Positions 7,267-18,300 of a DNA stretch of 58,833 nt are shown here, in pieces (the stretch's first letter is position 1; every line of letters starts with the position of its first letter). Source of the stretch: a virus (taxonomy: Duplodnaviria > Caudoviricetes). The position numbers were made by a program, and so were the translations under genes. The DNA lies in the IMG/VR virus record IMGVR_UViG_3300021373_001106, positions 1 to 58,833 of that record; one strand, written 5' to 3'. The notes beneath the pieces are model-generated. The model saw only the letters and a program-made list of their open reading frames with translations, was not told where the DNA came from and ran no database searches.

Positions 7267-7765
7267 TTTTGGTAAATACAAGTATCGTTCTTGCGAGGAC
7301 ATACTTGAGGCTTTAAAGCCTATACTTAAAAAACACAATGCATCTATTACTTTATCTGACTCGGTCAATGAGTATGGTGGTATTATAACTATAGTTACAA
7401 CTGCTACTATATTAGATAATAAGTCAGAGCAAAGTGTTTCAGTTACTGCGTGTGCAGGTGTTGATCCGTCTAGAAAAGGAATGGATATTGCTCAGAGTTT
7501 TGGTAGCAGTAGTTCTTATTCTAGAAAATATGCCTTAAATGGTTTATTATTAATAGATGACACTAATGACCCAGACAACACCAATGATCACAAGACAACT
7601 TATACTGAGAAGGCTAAGTTAGATATTGGAGATGACAAGTGGGGAGATTGCTTGAAGTATGTCATAGACAACAAGCACTTAGGTTTTGATGGAGTAGTAA
7701 ACAGATTAAAGAAGAAGTATATTTTATCTGCAAAAGCAATTAAAACTATTAAGACTTATGTTTGA
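7208..7765 (+). CDS. erf: ERF-family single-strand annealing protein
   Basis: KYKYRSCEDILEALKP and QSFGSSSSYSRKYALNGLLLIDD signature. Confidence 0.9.
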   Translation: MEKLMKIQSELKAPKNQYNSFGKYKYRSCEDILEALKPILKKHNASITLSDSVNEYGGIITIVTTATILDNKSEQSVSVTACAGVDPSRKGMDIAQSFGSSSSYSRKYALNGLLLIDDTNDPDNTNDHKTTYTEKAKLDIGDDKWGDCLKYVIDNKHLGFDGVVNRLKKKYILSAKAIKTIKTYV

Positions 7766-8501
7766 TGTTAAGGAAACCCTCCTTAAGCTACAAGAAGACA
7801 AAGATTACTACGGAGATTTTGGCAGACAGTTCTTATCTAATTCAGATATTTACAGTCTGTTAAATGACCCTAGAAACTTTAGAAAGCAGTCTAAGGAAAC
7901 TAAAGCAATGATAATGGGTAGATACTTTCACGTGTCTATGCTAGAACCACATAAGTTAGATGACTTTGTGATTATTGACTCTACTAGTAGAAATACTAAG
8001 AACTATAAGGACCAATTAAAAGATACTGGATTATCTATTGCTTTATTGCAACAAGAGGCAGATCATTTAGATGAGTTGGTGGAAATAATGAAAAGTAATT
8101 TAACTTTTTATGAAGCCATCTATAATAGTAAGAACCGATACGAGGTGCCTTCGATAAAAGAAATACAAGGTGCTATGTGGAAGGGGAAAGCTGATATACT
8201 TCATCCGGATAGAATTATAGATATCAAAACAACTTCTGATATCTCTAAGTTTAAATACTCTGCAAAGAAATACAATTACGACAGTCAGGCTTATATATAC
8301 CAAAAGTTATTTGGAGTACCTGTGGTTTTTTATGCCATAGATAAAACAAATAAGATGCTTGGAATATTTGAACCTACTCAAGAGTTTATTAGTAGTGGAG
8401 AAGAAAAAGTAGAGAGAGCTTTAGGAATTTATAATAAGTTTTTCAGTGAAAATGCCACTGAGAATATAGAAGAGTTCTTCATTTATGAAGAGTTACACTA
8501 G
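7758..8501 (+). CDS. PD-(D/E)XK exonuclease (RecE/ExoVIII-like, DUF3799 type)
   Basis: LSNSDI, GRYFH, KGKAD...IDIKTT, YDSQAYIY; adjacent to ERF. Confidence 0.8.
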   Translation: MFDVKETLLKLQEDKDYYGDFGRQFLSNSDIYSLLNDPRNFRKQSKETKAMIMGRYFHVSMLEPHKLDDFVIIDSTSRNTKNYKDQLKDTGLSIALLQQEADHLDELVEIMKSNLTFYEAIYNSKNRYEVPSIKEIQGAMWKGKADILHPDRIIDIKTTSDISKFKYSAKKYNYDSQAYIYQKLFGVPVVFYAIDKTNKMLGIFEPTQEFISSGEEKVERALGIYNKFFSENATENIEEFFIYEELH

Positions 8502-8551
8502 AAGTCTACACTAGTTAATTTGTAGATATTAATTTAAATATATATATAGTT

Positions 8552-8782
8552 ATGAGCAAAGAAAAAGTGTTTGCTGATGGGTTTATTTTTAAAACCCGAG
8601 ATACTCAACCTGATTGGGTTGTTGGATCAATGTCTGTTAAAGTTGAGGATGCGATAGTATTCCTTAAGGATAACAACAAAAATGGATGGGTTAACTTAAA
8701 TGTTAACACCTCAAAGTCTGGAAAGAAATACGTTGAACTAGACACGTTTGAACCTACCAAGAAAACTGAGGACCTATTTTAA
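8552..8782 (+). CDS. Small protein, possible ssDNA-binding protein
   Basis: Beta-rich 76 aa ending in acidic/aromatic EDLF; lies between exonuclease and primase. Confidence 0.45.
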   Translation: MSKEKVFADGFIFKTRDTQPDWVVGSMSVKVEDAIVFLKDNNKNGWVNLNVNTSKSGKKYVELDTFEPTKKTEDLF

Positions 8783-8793
8783 ACTATAAAAAA

Positions 8794-8935
8794 CTGACGG
8801 TTTTGATGACTTTTTTAGAAAATATTATAATACTTAGTACTTGGTGCTTTGGCTGTTTATTTATTTTATTTTTATTTATTAAAGTCGTCAATATCGTCAG
8901 TGATATAGTAGATAACCTATAAATCGTCAAAGTAT
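8794..8935. promoter_or_regulatory. Origin-like/operator region upstream of primase
   Basis: CTGACGGTTTTGA (identical to 58715-58727), AT-rich core, then three TCGTCA copies. Confidence 0.6.
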
Positions 8936-11333
8936 GCCAAACATAACAATATTTAAAAATATAAAGGATACCACCCAGCCTTTTCACTTACCTGTAAATG
9001 ACATTATAGAAAGAATAAGAGATGGAAGATCAGAAGACCTTATTAAGAAGATAAGAACTGAAAAAGATAAAAAAAGAATTAATCAATTAAAACAAGAGTT
9101 GCCTGCTATTTGTTTTAGTGGAAAGTTTAACAAAAGAAACGATGACTCCATCCTGGAGCATAGTGGTTTAATATGTTTAGACTTCGACCAGTACGATACT
9201 CAAAAGAAATTACACCAACATAGAGAAGAATTAATTGAAGATGAGTTTGTTTATTGTGTTTTCATCTCACCATCCGGCAAGGGGCTTAAAGTTTTAATAA
9301 AAGTCCCTGCTGATGTTGATTCACACGGAAAATACTTTACTTCATTACAACAATACTTTGACTCAGAGTTTTTTGATAGCACATCTAAAAACATATCCAG
9401 GGTCTGTTACGAGAGCTACGATCCTTTAATACATATTAATGAAGATTCATTAGTGTGGGATAAAATTATTGATACTCCAAAAGTTGTTGAGAACAAGGAG
9501 ATTACAATTCCTATTACAGACCAAACTAAGATTGTGGAGATTTTAGTAAAGTGGTGGGAGAAAAAATACCCAATGAGTGAAGGGCAAAGAAACCACAATG
9601 CGTTTATACTGGCTTCATCATTTAATGACTTTGGAATAGAGAAGTCACTTGCTGAATATATATTAAATGGGTTTGAGTCTCAGGACTTTAGTCTTAACGA
9701 AATAAAAAAGACAATTGATTCGGCTTATGCTAATATGGCTAATTTTGGAACTAGAGTTTATGAAGACTCTGAAAAGATAAATCAGATAAAGTCTAATATT
9801 TTAAAAGGCAAATCAAAGACTGATATCAAGAAATACTTTGACGAGATAGATGAAAAAGTTTTAGATACTGTAATTGACAGAGTTGAAGAAGAAAGTTTTG
9901 ATAATAAGTTTTGGACCAAAAGCAAGAAAGGTGTTATTAAGATATTTCACGTAAAGTTTAAAATGTTTTTAGAAGATAATGGTTTTTACAAGTACAATCC
10001 TGAAGGAAGTAAGAATTATGTATTTGTAAAGGTCACTAATAATTTAATTGATCACGCATCTGAAAAGCAAATAAAAGATTTTATACTTACCCACTTGCTT
10101 ACCCTAGATGATATAGAGATTTATAATTACTTTGCTGAACAGACTAAATACTTTAGAGAAGAATTTTTAACATTGTTAGACTCAATTAAGGTTTTCTTTA
10201 TTGAAGATACTAAGAACGAGTCTTATATATATTACAAGAATTGTGCAGTTAAAGTAACCAATAGTGAGGTGGTTCCAATTGAATATATTGATTTAGGTGG
10301 TTACGTTTGGAAGGACCACGTTATAGACAGAGACTTCACAGAGTGTGAATCTATTGAATGCGATTACAAGAAATTCATATCGAATATATGTGCAACAGAT
10401 GAAAAAAGAGTTGAATCTACTGAAAGCACGATTGGTTATTTAATGCACGGATATAAGAATTTATCTTATTGTCCTGCTGTTATATTAAACGATGAGGTAA
10501 TTAGTGATAATCCTGAAGGTGGAACTGGAAAAGGATTGTTTATGAATGCACTACAACATATGAAGAAGTTGGTGGTAATTGACGGGAAAGGTTTTGATTT
10601 CCAAAAGTCTTTTGCTTATCAACTGGTTTCTGCTGACACTCAGATACTTTGTTTTGATGATGTAAAGAAACACTTTGACTTTGAAAGGTTGTTTAGTGTT
10701 ATTACAGAAGGATTAACGCTAGAGAAGAAAAATAAGGATGCTATTAAGATTCCTTTTAAAAAGTCACCAAAGGTTGCTATTACAACCAACTATGCTATTA
10801 AAGGAAAGGGTAATTCTTTTGAAAGAAGAAAGTGGGAGTTAGAATTAAACCAATATTACAATAAATCATTTACTCCTTATGATGAGTTTGGCAAGTTGAT
10901 GTTTGGTGAGTGGACTGATGATGAGTGGTGTAGTTTTGATAATTATATGATTTACTGTTTGCAGTATTATATGAACAAGGGATTAGTTAAGAGTTCATTT
11001 GTTAATCTTAAAATACGTCAGTTATCTGCTGAGACCTGTCACGAGTTTATAGAGTGGGTTGGGCTATTAGATGGAAAAAGTCCTAATGAAAATTTTGAAA
11101 ATGGTTTTAAAATATACAAGCAAGAATTGTATATGGATTTTATAGCAGACAATCCAGACTTTGCTCCAAAAGCCAAGATGACTGTTTCAAGAACTAAGTT
11201 TTATCAATGGCTTACTTATTATTCTGTTTTTAAAACTGGAGTAAATCCTGATGAAGGCAAGGACCATAATGGAAAATGGATTAGAATCAGAAGCAAGCAC
11301 GAGTTAGAAACAAATGGAAAGTTAGAGATATGA
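8934..11333 (+). CDS. Primase-helicase (BT4734/VirE N-terminal AEP-like domain, PriCT-like region, P-loop helicase)
   Basis: KQELPAICFSG, GLICLDFD, FISPSGKGLK, SRVCYESYDP, EGQRN; Walker A GGTGKG; FDDV; ITTN. Confidence 0.85.
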   Translation: MPNITIFKNIKDTTQPFHLPVNDIIERIRDGRSEDLIKKIRTEKDKKRINQLKQELPAICFSGKFNKRNDDSILEHSGLICLDFDQYDTQKKLHQHREELIEDEFVYCVFISPSGKGLKVLIKVPADVDSHGKYFTSLQQYFDSEFFDSTSKNISRVCYESYDPLIHINEDSLVWDKIIDTPKVVENKEITIPITDQTKIVEILVKWWEKKYPMSEGQRNHNAFILASSFNDFGIEKSLAEYILNGFESQDFSLNEIKKTIDSAYANMANFGTRVYEDSEKINQIKSNILKGKSKTDIKKYFDEIDEKVLDTVIDRVEEESFDNKFWTKSKKGVIKIFHVKFKMFLEDNGFYKYNPEGSKNYVFVKVTNNLIDHASEKQIKDFILTHLLTLDDIEIYNYFAEQTKYFREEFLTLLDSIKVFFIEDTKNESYIYYKNCAVKVTNSEVVPIEYIDLGGYVWKDHVIDRDFTECESIECDYKKFISNICATDEKRVESTESTIGYLMHGYKNLSYCPAVILNDEVISDNPEGGTGKGLFMNALQHMKKLVVIDGKGFDFQKSFAYQLVSADTQILCFDDVKKHFDFERLFSVITEGLTLEKKNKDAIKIPFKKSPKVAITTNYAIKGKGNSFERRKWELELNQYYNKSFTPYDEFGKLMFGEWTDDEWCSFDNYMIYCLQYYMNKGLVKSSFVNLKIRQLSAETCHEFIEWVGLLDGKSPNENFENGFKIYKQELYMDFIADNPDFAPKAKMTVSRTKFYQWLTYYSVFKTGVNPDEGKDHNGKWIRIRSKHELETNGKLEI

Positions 11334-11572
11334 TTGAGTTAGATCCAGAAAGATTACACATTGCTTTTAACAACACCTACAAGATGGTGGTTGAAGGTTG
11401 GGGAATTGAAGATGTTTTAGATGATTTAGATTTAGGTGTAGTTAATGTTGATATTCTTTTTGCTCACGATCCTGTTTATCCTGATGATAAAGAAATGATA
11501 GAACTAATGTTAGAATATTTTACAGATATTGAAGATTATGAGAAATGTGCTAAAATCCAAAAACTGCTATGA
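11330..11572 (+). CDS. Small protein with UvrB/C-like coiled-coil motif
   Basis: C-terminal EDYEKCAKI. Confidence 0.55.
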   Translation: MIELDPERLHIAFNNTYKMVVEGWGIEDVLDDLDLGVVNVDILFAHDPVYPDDKEMIELMLEYFTDIEDYEKCAKIQKLL

Positions 11573-12795
11573 AATTTAGAGATTATCAGTTAAATATTAT
11601 TGAAAAAGGGTTAAAAGTACTTAAAAACCATAAACTACTTTATTTGTCTATGGAAGTTAGAACAGGTAAAACCTTAACTTCTTTAGGTATATGCGAAAAG
11701 CTTAATATTGAAAACGTATTATTTATTACTAAGAAAAAAGCAATAAGTAGTATTGAAACTGATTACCACACATATGGTCCAGGATTTTATTTAGAGGTGG
11801 TTAATTACGAAAGCCTACATAAAATAAACGATAAGAGTTGGGATGTTGTTATTTGTGATGAAGCTCATTCAATGGGAGCTTTTCCAAAGCCTAGCAAAAG
11901 AGCTAAGACTGTAAAAGAATTAATACAAGACCATCAACCATATGTCATTTTAATGTCAGGGACTCCTACTCCGGAGAGTTTTTCTCAAATGTATCACCAA
12001 GTGTATGGTGTGCCTGGAAATCCTTTCAGCAAACATAAGAGCTTTTATAAGTTTGCTAGTGAGTATGTAAGGGTAGTGCAGAAAAAGATCAATGGATATA
12101 ATATAAACGACTACAGCAAAGGTCTGGCTGAGATTGTAGAGAAAATGAAGCCTTATACTATCTCGTACAGTCAAAAAGAGGCTGGGTTTAAAACTACTAT
12201 CAATGAAAAGGTATTATTAGTTCCTATAAGTGAAAAGGTTAGTGATATGATTAAAGTACTTAGAAAGGATTTAGTCTATGAGATAGATGGTGAGTATATA
12301 TTGGGTGATACTGCTGTTAAGTTAATGACTAAGATGCATCAAATGTGCAGTGGAACGGTAAAGTTTGAGAGTGGTAATAGAATTGTACTTGACTTAAGCA
12401 AGGCAAAGTTTATTAAGGAAAAGTTTGATGGTCAAAAGATAGCTATATTTTATAAGTTTCAAGCTGAGTTAACAGCGTTGAGCGAGGTTTTTGGTGATAA
12501 TTTATGTACCACACTAGAAGAGTTTGACAGTACAGACAAGAACATTGCTTTACAGATTGTTAGTGGTAGAGAGGGAATATCCTTAAGAAAGGCAGACTTC
12601 TTGGTTTATTACAATATTGACTTTAGTGCTACTAGCTATTGGCAGAGTCGTGATCGTATGACTACTAAAGAGAGAATACATAATAATATCTATTGGATAT
12701 TTTCTGAGAAAGGGATTGAGAAAATGATATACAAAGCTGTGAACAGTAAAAAGGATTATACATTAAGACATTTTAAAAGAGACTATTTCATATGA
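11569..12795 (+). CDS. SF2 (SNF2-like/DEAH) helicase
   Basis: RDYQ, RTGKT, CDEAH, SGTP, GREGISL, QSRDR motifs. Confidence 0.85.
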   Translation: MKFRDYQLNIIEKGLKVLKNHKLLYLSMEVRTGKTLTSLGICEKLNIENVLFITKKKAISSIETDYHTYGPGFYLEVVNYESLHKINDKSWDVVICDEAHSMGAFPKPSKRAKTVKELIQDHQPYVILMSGTPTPESFSQMYHQVYGVPGNPFSKHKSFYKFASEYVRVVQKKINGYNINDYSKGLAEIVEKMKPYTISYSQKEAGFKTTINEKVLLVPISEKVSDMIKVLRKDLVYEIDGEYILGDTAVKLMTKMHQMCSGTVKFESGNRIVLDLSKAKFIKEKFDGQKIAIFYKFQAELTALSEVFGDNLCTTLEEFDSTDKNIALQIVSGREGISLRKADFLVYYNIDFSATSYWQSRDRMTTKERIHNNIYWIFSEKGIEKMIYKAVNSKKDYTLRHFKRDYFI

Positions 12796-12995
12796 TTAAA
12801 AAAGAATGGCATTGGATGTCAAAAAAAAATATGCAACAATTTAACTTAATATATCATTTCAACCCTTATAATAACAATTGGTACTGCATACCAAGAGAGG
12901 AGTATGTTAATTACTTTGAAGGTAATCACAAAAAATGCGGATGCGGATTCAATATTGAAGGAGCTTACTTAAATTATAAAAATAAAATAAAATGA
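12792..12995 (+). CDS. Hypothetical protein
   Basis: 67-aa ORF, ATGA-coupled on both sides. Confidence 0.55.
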   Translation: MIKKEWHWMSKKNMQQFNLIYHFNPYNNNWYCIPREEYVNYFEGNHKKCGCGFNIEGAYLNYKNKIK

Positions 12996-13324
12996 CAGAG
13001 ATCGAAACATTTGAAAAACAATATCCTGAATTATCTAAGGAGTTCAAGGAAATACAGCAAGAGATGTATAAATTATTTGCAAGAAAGCAAATGGATTACG
13101 GACTAAGTAATATTGCATTGGGAGGTGATTTAAAGAAACCAGAAGACAAAAAGTTTGCTTTGACAGGTTTATCCATTAGATTAACTGACAAAATAAGCAG
13201 ATTAAAGAACTTAATTAGAAATGGCAAGAATTATGTTCCTGGTGAAGGTCAAGAGGATACATTTATTGATATAGCTAACTATGGCATAATTGGAATGTTA
13301 GTTGGTAGAAACCAGTGGAAATGA
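12992..13324 (+). CDS. Nucleotide modification associated domain 1 (DUF1599)-like protein
   Basis: KQMDYG...RLTDKISRLKNL...EDTFIDIANYGII. Confidence 0.75.
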   Translation: MTEIETFEKQYPELSKEFKEIQQEMYKLFARKQMDYGLSNIALGGDLKKPEDKKFALTGLSIRLTDKISRLKNLIRNGKNYVPGEGQEDTFIDIANYGIIGMLVGRNQWK

Positions 13325-13716
13325 AAAAGAAAGAGCTTCAGTTAATTAAAGAGTTAAACCTTAAATACGAAAGAGGTTTAAAGCCTACAGAAAATGAATA
13401 TGAAGCTTACGATGCTTACAACGACATCTCTATCATAGAAATTAAAGTTAGGGATGTTGTTTATAATACTCACTATATACAAGTAGATAAGTTCTACAAT
13501 CTATTAATGATTGGAGAAGCTTTAGAAAAAAAGCCTTTTTACTTAGTTAAAGACGATTCTGGAATATATATGTATGATTTAAACGAATTGAAGGAAGAAA
13601 TTATCACCTCTGATATTGTTCCAAAGTTTGCTCCTTACAGAACAGAGTTTGAAAATAATAAAAAAATTACCAAGTATTTTTATGAGTTACATAAATATAA
13701 TTCACTACATTTATAA
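13315..13716 (+). CDS. Putative PD-(D/E)XK nuclease-fold protein
   Basis: YDA...IIEIKVR...K pattern. Confidence 0.5.
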   Translation: MEMKKKELQLIKELNLKYERGLKPTENEYEAYDAYNDISIIEIKVRDVVYNTHYIQVDKFYNLLMIGEALEKKPFYLVKDDSGIYMYDLNELKEEIITSDIVPKFAPYRTEFENNKKITKYFYELHKYNSLHL

Positions 13717-13803
13717 AGATGAACTTTAATAGACAAATTGAAATTTTGGTTAAAAAAAATCCAAATGATTCTGATTTAGGCTTTAAAGTTAGAATGTTAT
13801 ATA

Positions 13804-14040
13804 GTGAAAGAAAGCGCAATTCAATCAAAAAGAATAAAGCAGCTAGAAGCTGAAGGTTATTATGTCATTAAATTAATTAAGACTAATAAAAATGGCATAC
13901 CCGACTTGGTTGCAATACGAAAAGACTCTGTTTTATTTTCAGAGATTAAAACAGAAAAAGGAAAGCTATCTAAGCTACAGGAGTATAGATTAAAAGAGTT
14001 AAATGAGCACGGATTTGAGACAGAAGTATATAGAGGATAG
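13804..14040 (+). CDS. VRR-NUC domain nuclease
   Basis: ESAIQ, NGIPDL, FSEIK, GKLSKLQ. Confidence 0.85.
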   Translation: MKESAIQSKRIKQLEAEGYYVIKLIKTNKNGIPDLVAIRKDSVLFSEIKTEKGKLSKLQEYRLKELNEHGFETEVYRG

Positions 14041-14323
14041 AATATTTGATGTGGATGAGGGGTTTATTGACAAGCTTCAACAGTCTTTCTCTATGGTTCA
14101 GTCAATGGCTATTGCAAAACTTATTAATAAAAAACTAGACAACCTTAATCCAAATCAAACCACTACTTATGGTGGTGTAATACATAAGCCAGAAGCTACT
14201 TTTTTTTCTGTTGATTGTGTTAGATTAGACAAAAACATATATTCATTCACTGATGTTAGAGAAATAGATAGTGATGAGTACTTAGACTTAATAAACTTAA
14301 ATTTAAACTTAAATGAATCTTGA
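14003..14323 (+). CDS. Hypothetical protein
   Basis: 106-aa ORF within the operon. Confidence 0.6.
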   Translation: MSTDLRQKYIEDRIFDVDEGFIDKLQQSFSMVQSMAIAKLINKKLDNLNPNQTTTYGGVIHKPEATFFSVDCVRLDKNIYSFTDVREIDSDEYLDLINLNLNLNES

Positions 14324-14606
14324 TTATAAATTCCAACACATTATTACAGAAAAGGATAAAAAAAACATATTATTTAGACTAGTTAAAGGAGAGAAATTAC
14401 AAAGAATAGCAGATAGGTATGGCTTGACTGTTGCATTCTTAAGAAGAAATTTTAACCACTACATTAAAGATTCTTCAGTGGAAAAAGCAAAACTAGGATA
14501 TAAGAACGAGCCTTATTATAAAAACGAAATGGATTACGGTTCTATGCCATCATATAGCGTAGATGGATTGAGTGCTCCAGAATTAAAAATTTACAATGAG
14601 ATATAA
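14313..14606 (+). CDS. Hypothetical protein, possible HTH
   Basis: GEKLQRIADRYGLTVAFLRR resembles an HTH. Confidence 0.5.
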   Translation: MNLDYKFQHIITEKDKKNILFRLVKGEKLQRIADRYGLTVAFLRRNFNHYIKDSSVEKAKLGYKNEPYYKNEMDYGSMPSYSVDGLSAPELKIYNEI

Positions 14607-14835
14607 ATTTGAAGACATAGAAAAGATATTAGAGTTCAAAACCTGGACCGATAAAGACAAAATAGACGAATTATTGAGAATTGATTGCAGTTTGTATGCG
14701 CATCTAGGTATTGATTCTACAAAATCAGAAAAGGAAGAGGTGAAGAGGAGAAGTGTTGAGATATACAGAACAATTAAAACAATAGATAAAAAATTAGGAG
14801 ACGAGTTTTTATACTCAGAAGATTTAAAACAATGA
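14596..14835 (+). CDS. Phage hypothetical protein
   Basis: 79-aa coupled ORF. Confidence 0.65.
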   Translation: MRYKFEDIEKILEFKTWTDKDKIDELLRIDCSLYAHLGIDSTKSEKEEVKRRSVEIYRTIKTIDKKLGDEFLYSEDLKQ

Positions 14836-14993
14836 AACACCACGTCACATACGTTAACTTTATAACTAAGATGATCAACGACACTACTGATGACATTTAT
14901 GAAAGTTTAATGGATAAAAAGCAAGAAGAATTAAATAAGTCTTGCAAGAATCTAATTAAAATTTTAGATGAGTTGGTAGATCAAGAAGGATAG
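14832..14993 (+). CDS. Small hypothetical protein (53 aa, not in ORF track); last gene of the + arm
   Basis: MKHHVTYVNFITKM...DQEG; ATGA coupling. Confidence 0.55.
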   Translation: MKHHVTYVNFITKMINDTTDDIYESLMDKKQEELNKSCKNLIKILDELVDQEG

Positions 14994-15361
14994 TGTTCTT
15001 CTACGTGACATCTTGAACAGAGTACTTTACATTTATCTATTTCTTCTTGAAGTTTTTTAATGGCCATTCCTCTGTGTACGCCATTACTTACTTCAAACTT
15101 CTTATTATCTTCGTGGTGGTGAAACTCAAGAGCTTGAGTGCAAAATCTAGGATGTGTTTCTTTAGAGTATCCGCAGGACTCACAGGCCATTGTCTCTTTT
15201 AAATCCTTAAGCCATTGTTTGTTGACGTATCTACGATGTCTTTTCTTTTTACCGTAGCATTGAGTGCATTGAAGTCTTGAGTATCTCTTACCGTTTTTTA
15301 CTCCGGCAGTAGGAAAGTTTGATTCAGGATGTGTTTGATTGCATATGTTGCAAATCTTCAT
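14981..15361 (-). CDS. HNH endonuclease with Zn fingers
   Basis: CxxC pairs, ALEFHH, KCKVLCSRCHVEEH. Confidence 0.8.
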   Translation of the reverse strand: MKICNICNQTHPESNFPTAGVKNGKRYSRLQCTQCYGKKKRHRRYVNKQWLKDLKETMACESCGYSKETHPRFCTQALEFHHHEDNKKFEVSNGVHRGMAIKKLQEEIDKCKVLCSRCHVEEHYPS

Positions 15362-15379
15362 CCTTCAATATAATAATAA

Positions 15380-18300
15380 TTATCTACTTGTGGATAGTTT
15401 AATTTCTTTTTTTTGTTTTTGCATATCTTTAATGTTTCCTTTAACTATGCTTGAAGTTTCAGAAGGTAAAAGACCTATAGAGTATAAAAAATAAGCCATA
15501 AAATTAATTTTAGCAGCATCTTTATATTTAGGATCAATTTTTTTAACTTTACCTTCTTCTCCCATATATTCTTTCTGATACTCTCCTTTAGCAGCCATTC
15601 TGCCTAGATCATATAACACCCCTGCGTTTTTAATGTTTATTCCCAAAACACCCATATTATCAACATAAGACTTTCTGTCTTCTGAAAATAATTGAAAAGG
15701 TTCTTTTTTCTTTGGTTGAGCGGTTCTTCTGCTAGTAGATAACTGAATTTCTTCTTCCGGTTCTTCATCAGCAAATTGTCTTAACACATAATTTGCAAAT
15801 TCAATAGTTGGAACATCGGTTACAGGCAGTGGAGATATAACGTCCTTAACAATATTTCCAATCCTTCCCTTTTTTCTATTTTCTAATGATTTTAATTTAG
15901 CTTCTTCATCGTCATCTTCTAGTGTTGCAAAATCTAACATTTGTAGTAAAACTAATCCAATTGCGTTAAAAGCTACAGTTTCTGCCGCTAATCCCCCTAT
16001 AGATTTAGCTGCTGAAGTTTTGTCTTGAGATGTAGATGTTTTATTGCTTAAAGTACTTATGTCACTGTACATTCTTGTTTTTTGATTTAGTAAAAAATTA
16101 GCAAAAGGTAAAAATATTTTTCTTGCTATTTGAACGGATGGCTTTTTACTAGAAAATATTTCACCCTGTAAATCAATATCGGTTACGTTCTGCTGTCTAC
16201 CTACTTGTTGCTCTGCAAAATCTCCAGCTTCTTTATTCATTTTATGATTACTCCAATCAATTCCACTTGGGTTTATTCCTTGTTTTTTTAAGGAGTTAAT
16301 ATAGTATGACATCCAAGAAGCTCTAGCAGCTACCTTATCTGGGTTAGCTACAAAAGCTTGAAGGTAAGCTTGATTAGCTTTGTTTAGTTGATTTAATGCT
16401 TTACCAAAAATACTTTTAGCAGCATTCTCTATTTTAGAATTAGTAGACTCTAAAGAGCTTAAAGACTGCAACCCTCTATTAGCAATTCCATATCCACTGT
16501 TGTTTAAAAACTTATTGACAGCAGGATTGGTTAAAAGGGTTAATCCTTTTACAGTAGAAACTGGACCTGCATTAGACATTGTATTTACTAAAGGAACTAA
16601 CTGTTTTATAAATTGAGTAGGCCCACCTAAAGCTCTACCAACACCTAATGATGAAAATTTATTTAATATGCTTAAAGATTTTTGATTTTTAGACTTTATA
16701 GAAGAAACACCTCTTTTAGCATCTACGTAACTTTTAAATCTTTCTGTAATTAAATCACGATCAGACTTGTTTGGTATTATCTTAGAGTAAGCATCTGAAT
16801 TTACAAATCCTTTTAGCTGCTGAATACCTTCAGCAGTATATATATCAGTTAGAGCAGCGTTTAAATTTCTACTGTTTTGGGAATCAAACCCTAAATTAAT
16901 TATTCTATTTTCTGGCAGAACAAAGCTAGGTTTTTTAGGTTTTAAAACCCCTGTTTCTTTATCATAAATAACTTCGCTTGTACCTTCAAAAATAGGATCA
17001 CCTATGTTTTGTTCTGAACTAGGAGTTTCAACCAAAGTAAATGAGTCTGGAGTATAGTTTATGTCTTTACCTAATATCCTGTTGTATACATTCAAAGATA
17101 TATCTGCTAACTCATTTCTACGAGATGCCCACTCATTAGTAACCCAGTCAGCTGCTTCTTTATTTAATGGGTCCACTTTAGAGTCAATATCATTTATATT
17201 TTTTGACTCTTTTAATATTTTATTATAAACCTCTTCATAAACCTTGGCTTTATTTTGATCGTTAGTTTCACCAGTTTCTTTTAGCTTATCTATACTTTGT
17301 TCTATTAATCCTTTTCTTCTTTTAAATTCTTGTTGTTGCTCTTCTAAAGTTCCATCAACAGTTCTTCTCATAAAAGCAAACATCCCTCTTTCTATATCAT
17401 TTTCTGCTGTATTAAAAGCTTGTCCATTTGGTTTAGATTTTTTATAAAACTTATTGAAATAATTATCAAAAACTTGATTAGCTTCTTTATCAGCTTTAGA
17501 AGCTCCATTAGTTATCTCTCCAAAACCACTTGATTTTTGAAACTGCAAACCTTTTGACTGCCCCTTAAACATAAACTCAAATGCTAACGGGGTAGAGGAT
17601 ATATATTTTATCCAACCTTGAGACAATCCTTTGCTTCCTAAAAACTTTAATGATTTAGCTTCAAGCCCTTTCTTTACTAATCCTTTTGCTTCTTTTACTC
17701 CTTTATCTTGAGATATAGTTGCATTCATACCTCCTGTAGTTTGGTTGGTTGCGAAGTTGGTTAAAGCGTCTAATGCCTTCAACTGTTCAGCAGGACTTAA
17801 ATTATCTAAGTCAACATTTAAAAAGTTTTGAATAATTTTTTGGTTATTAGCAGATATTTTTACTTGTTCACCAGTAAAAGGATCAATACCTGTCTTTATT
17901 TGTTTTTTTATTACCGCACTATAAGTAGAGAAAGCTTTTTTAATTCCCTTTGCGATAATGTCTGCTTTTTTCTCAGCTTTTAATTTTATTTGTTCAGGAG
18001 TTAATTTAGTGTCATCTACACTGTTTAAAATTTCTCTCATTTCACCTAGAGATAATTCTTCAGAACTTAACCCTGTTAATTCTTCAAATGCTTTAGCTTC
18101 TTGCTCACGAAGTGTTTGTTCTTGAACTTTTAATTCTTTACTACTGTACTCGTCTACTTTTTTAATATCTACCGATTCAGCTATCTTAACATCCCCTTTA
18201 AAAGTCCTGCTTTTTTTAAGTCCTTCTACCATAGATTCAGCTTGAGATATATAAGCATCAATATCTGAAACTGTTCTTGGGTTAATTCTTAAAAACTGTT

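Noticed and set aside
13315-13716. Cognate restriction endonuclease for the two MTases
   Set aside because: Lies about 7 kb away in the replication module, with only a minimal nuclease-like motif and no evidence of an R-M pair
1026-14843. Minus-strand ORFs in the early/replication arm (1026, 2866, 3121, 3725, 3772, 3936, 4906, 5084, 5692, 5886, 8100, 8784, 9416, 11956, 14583)
   Set aside because: Antisense to tightly packed, coupled + strand genes or to the regulatory primase leader; no recognisable motifs
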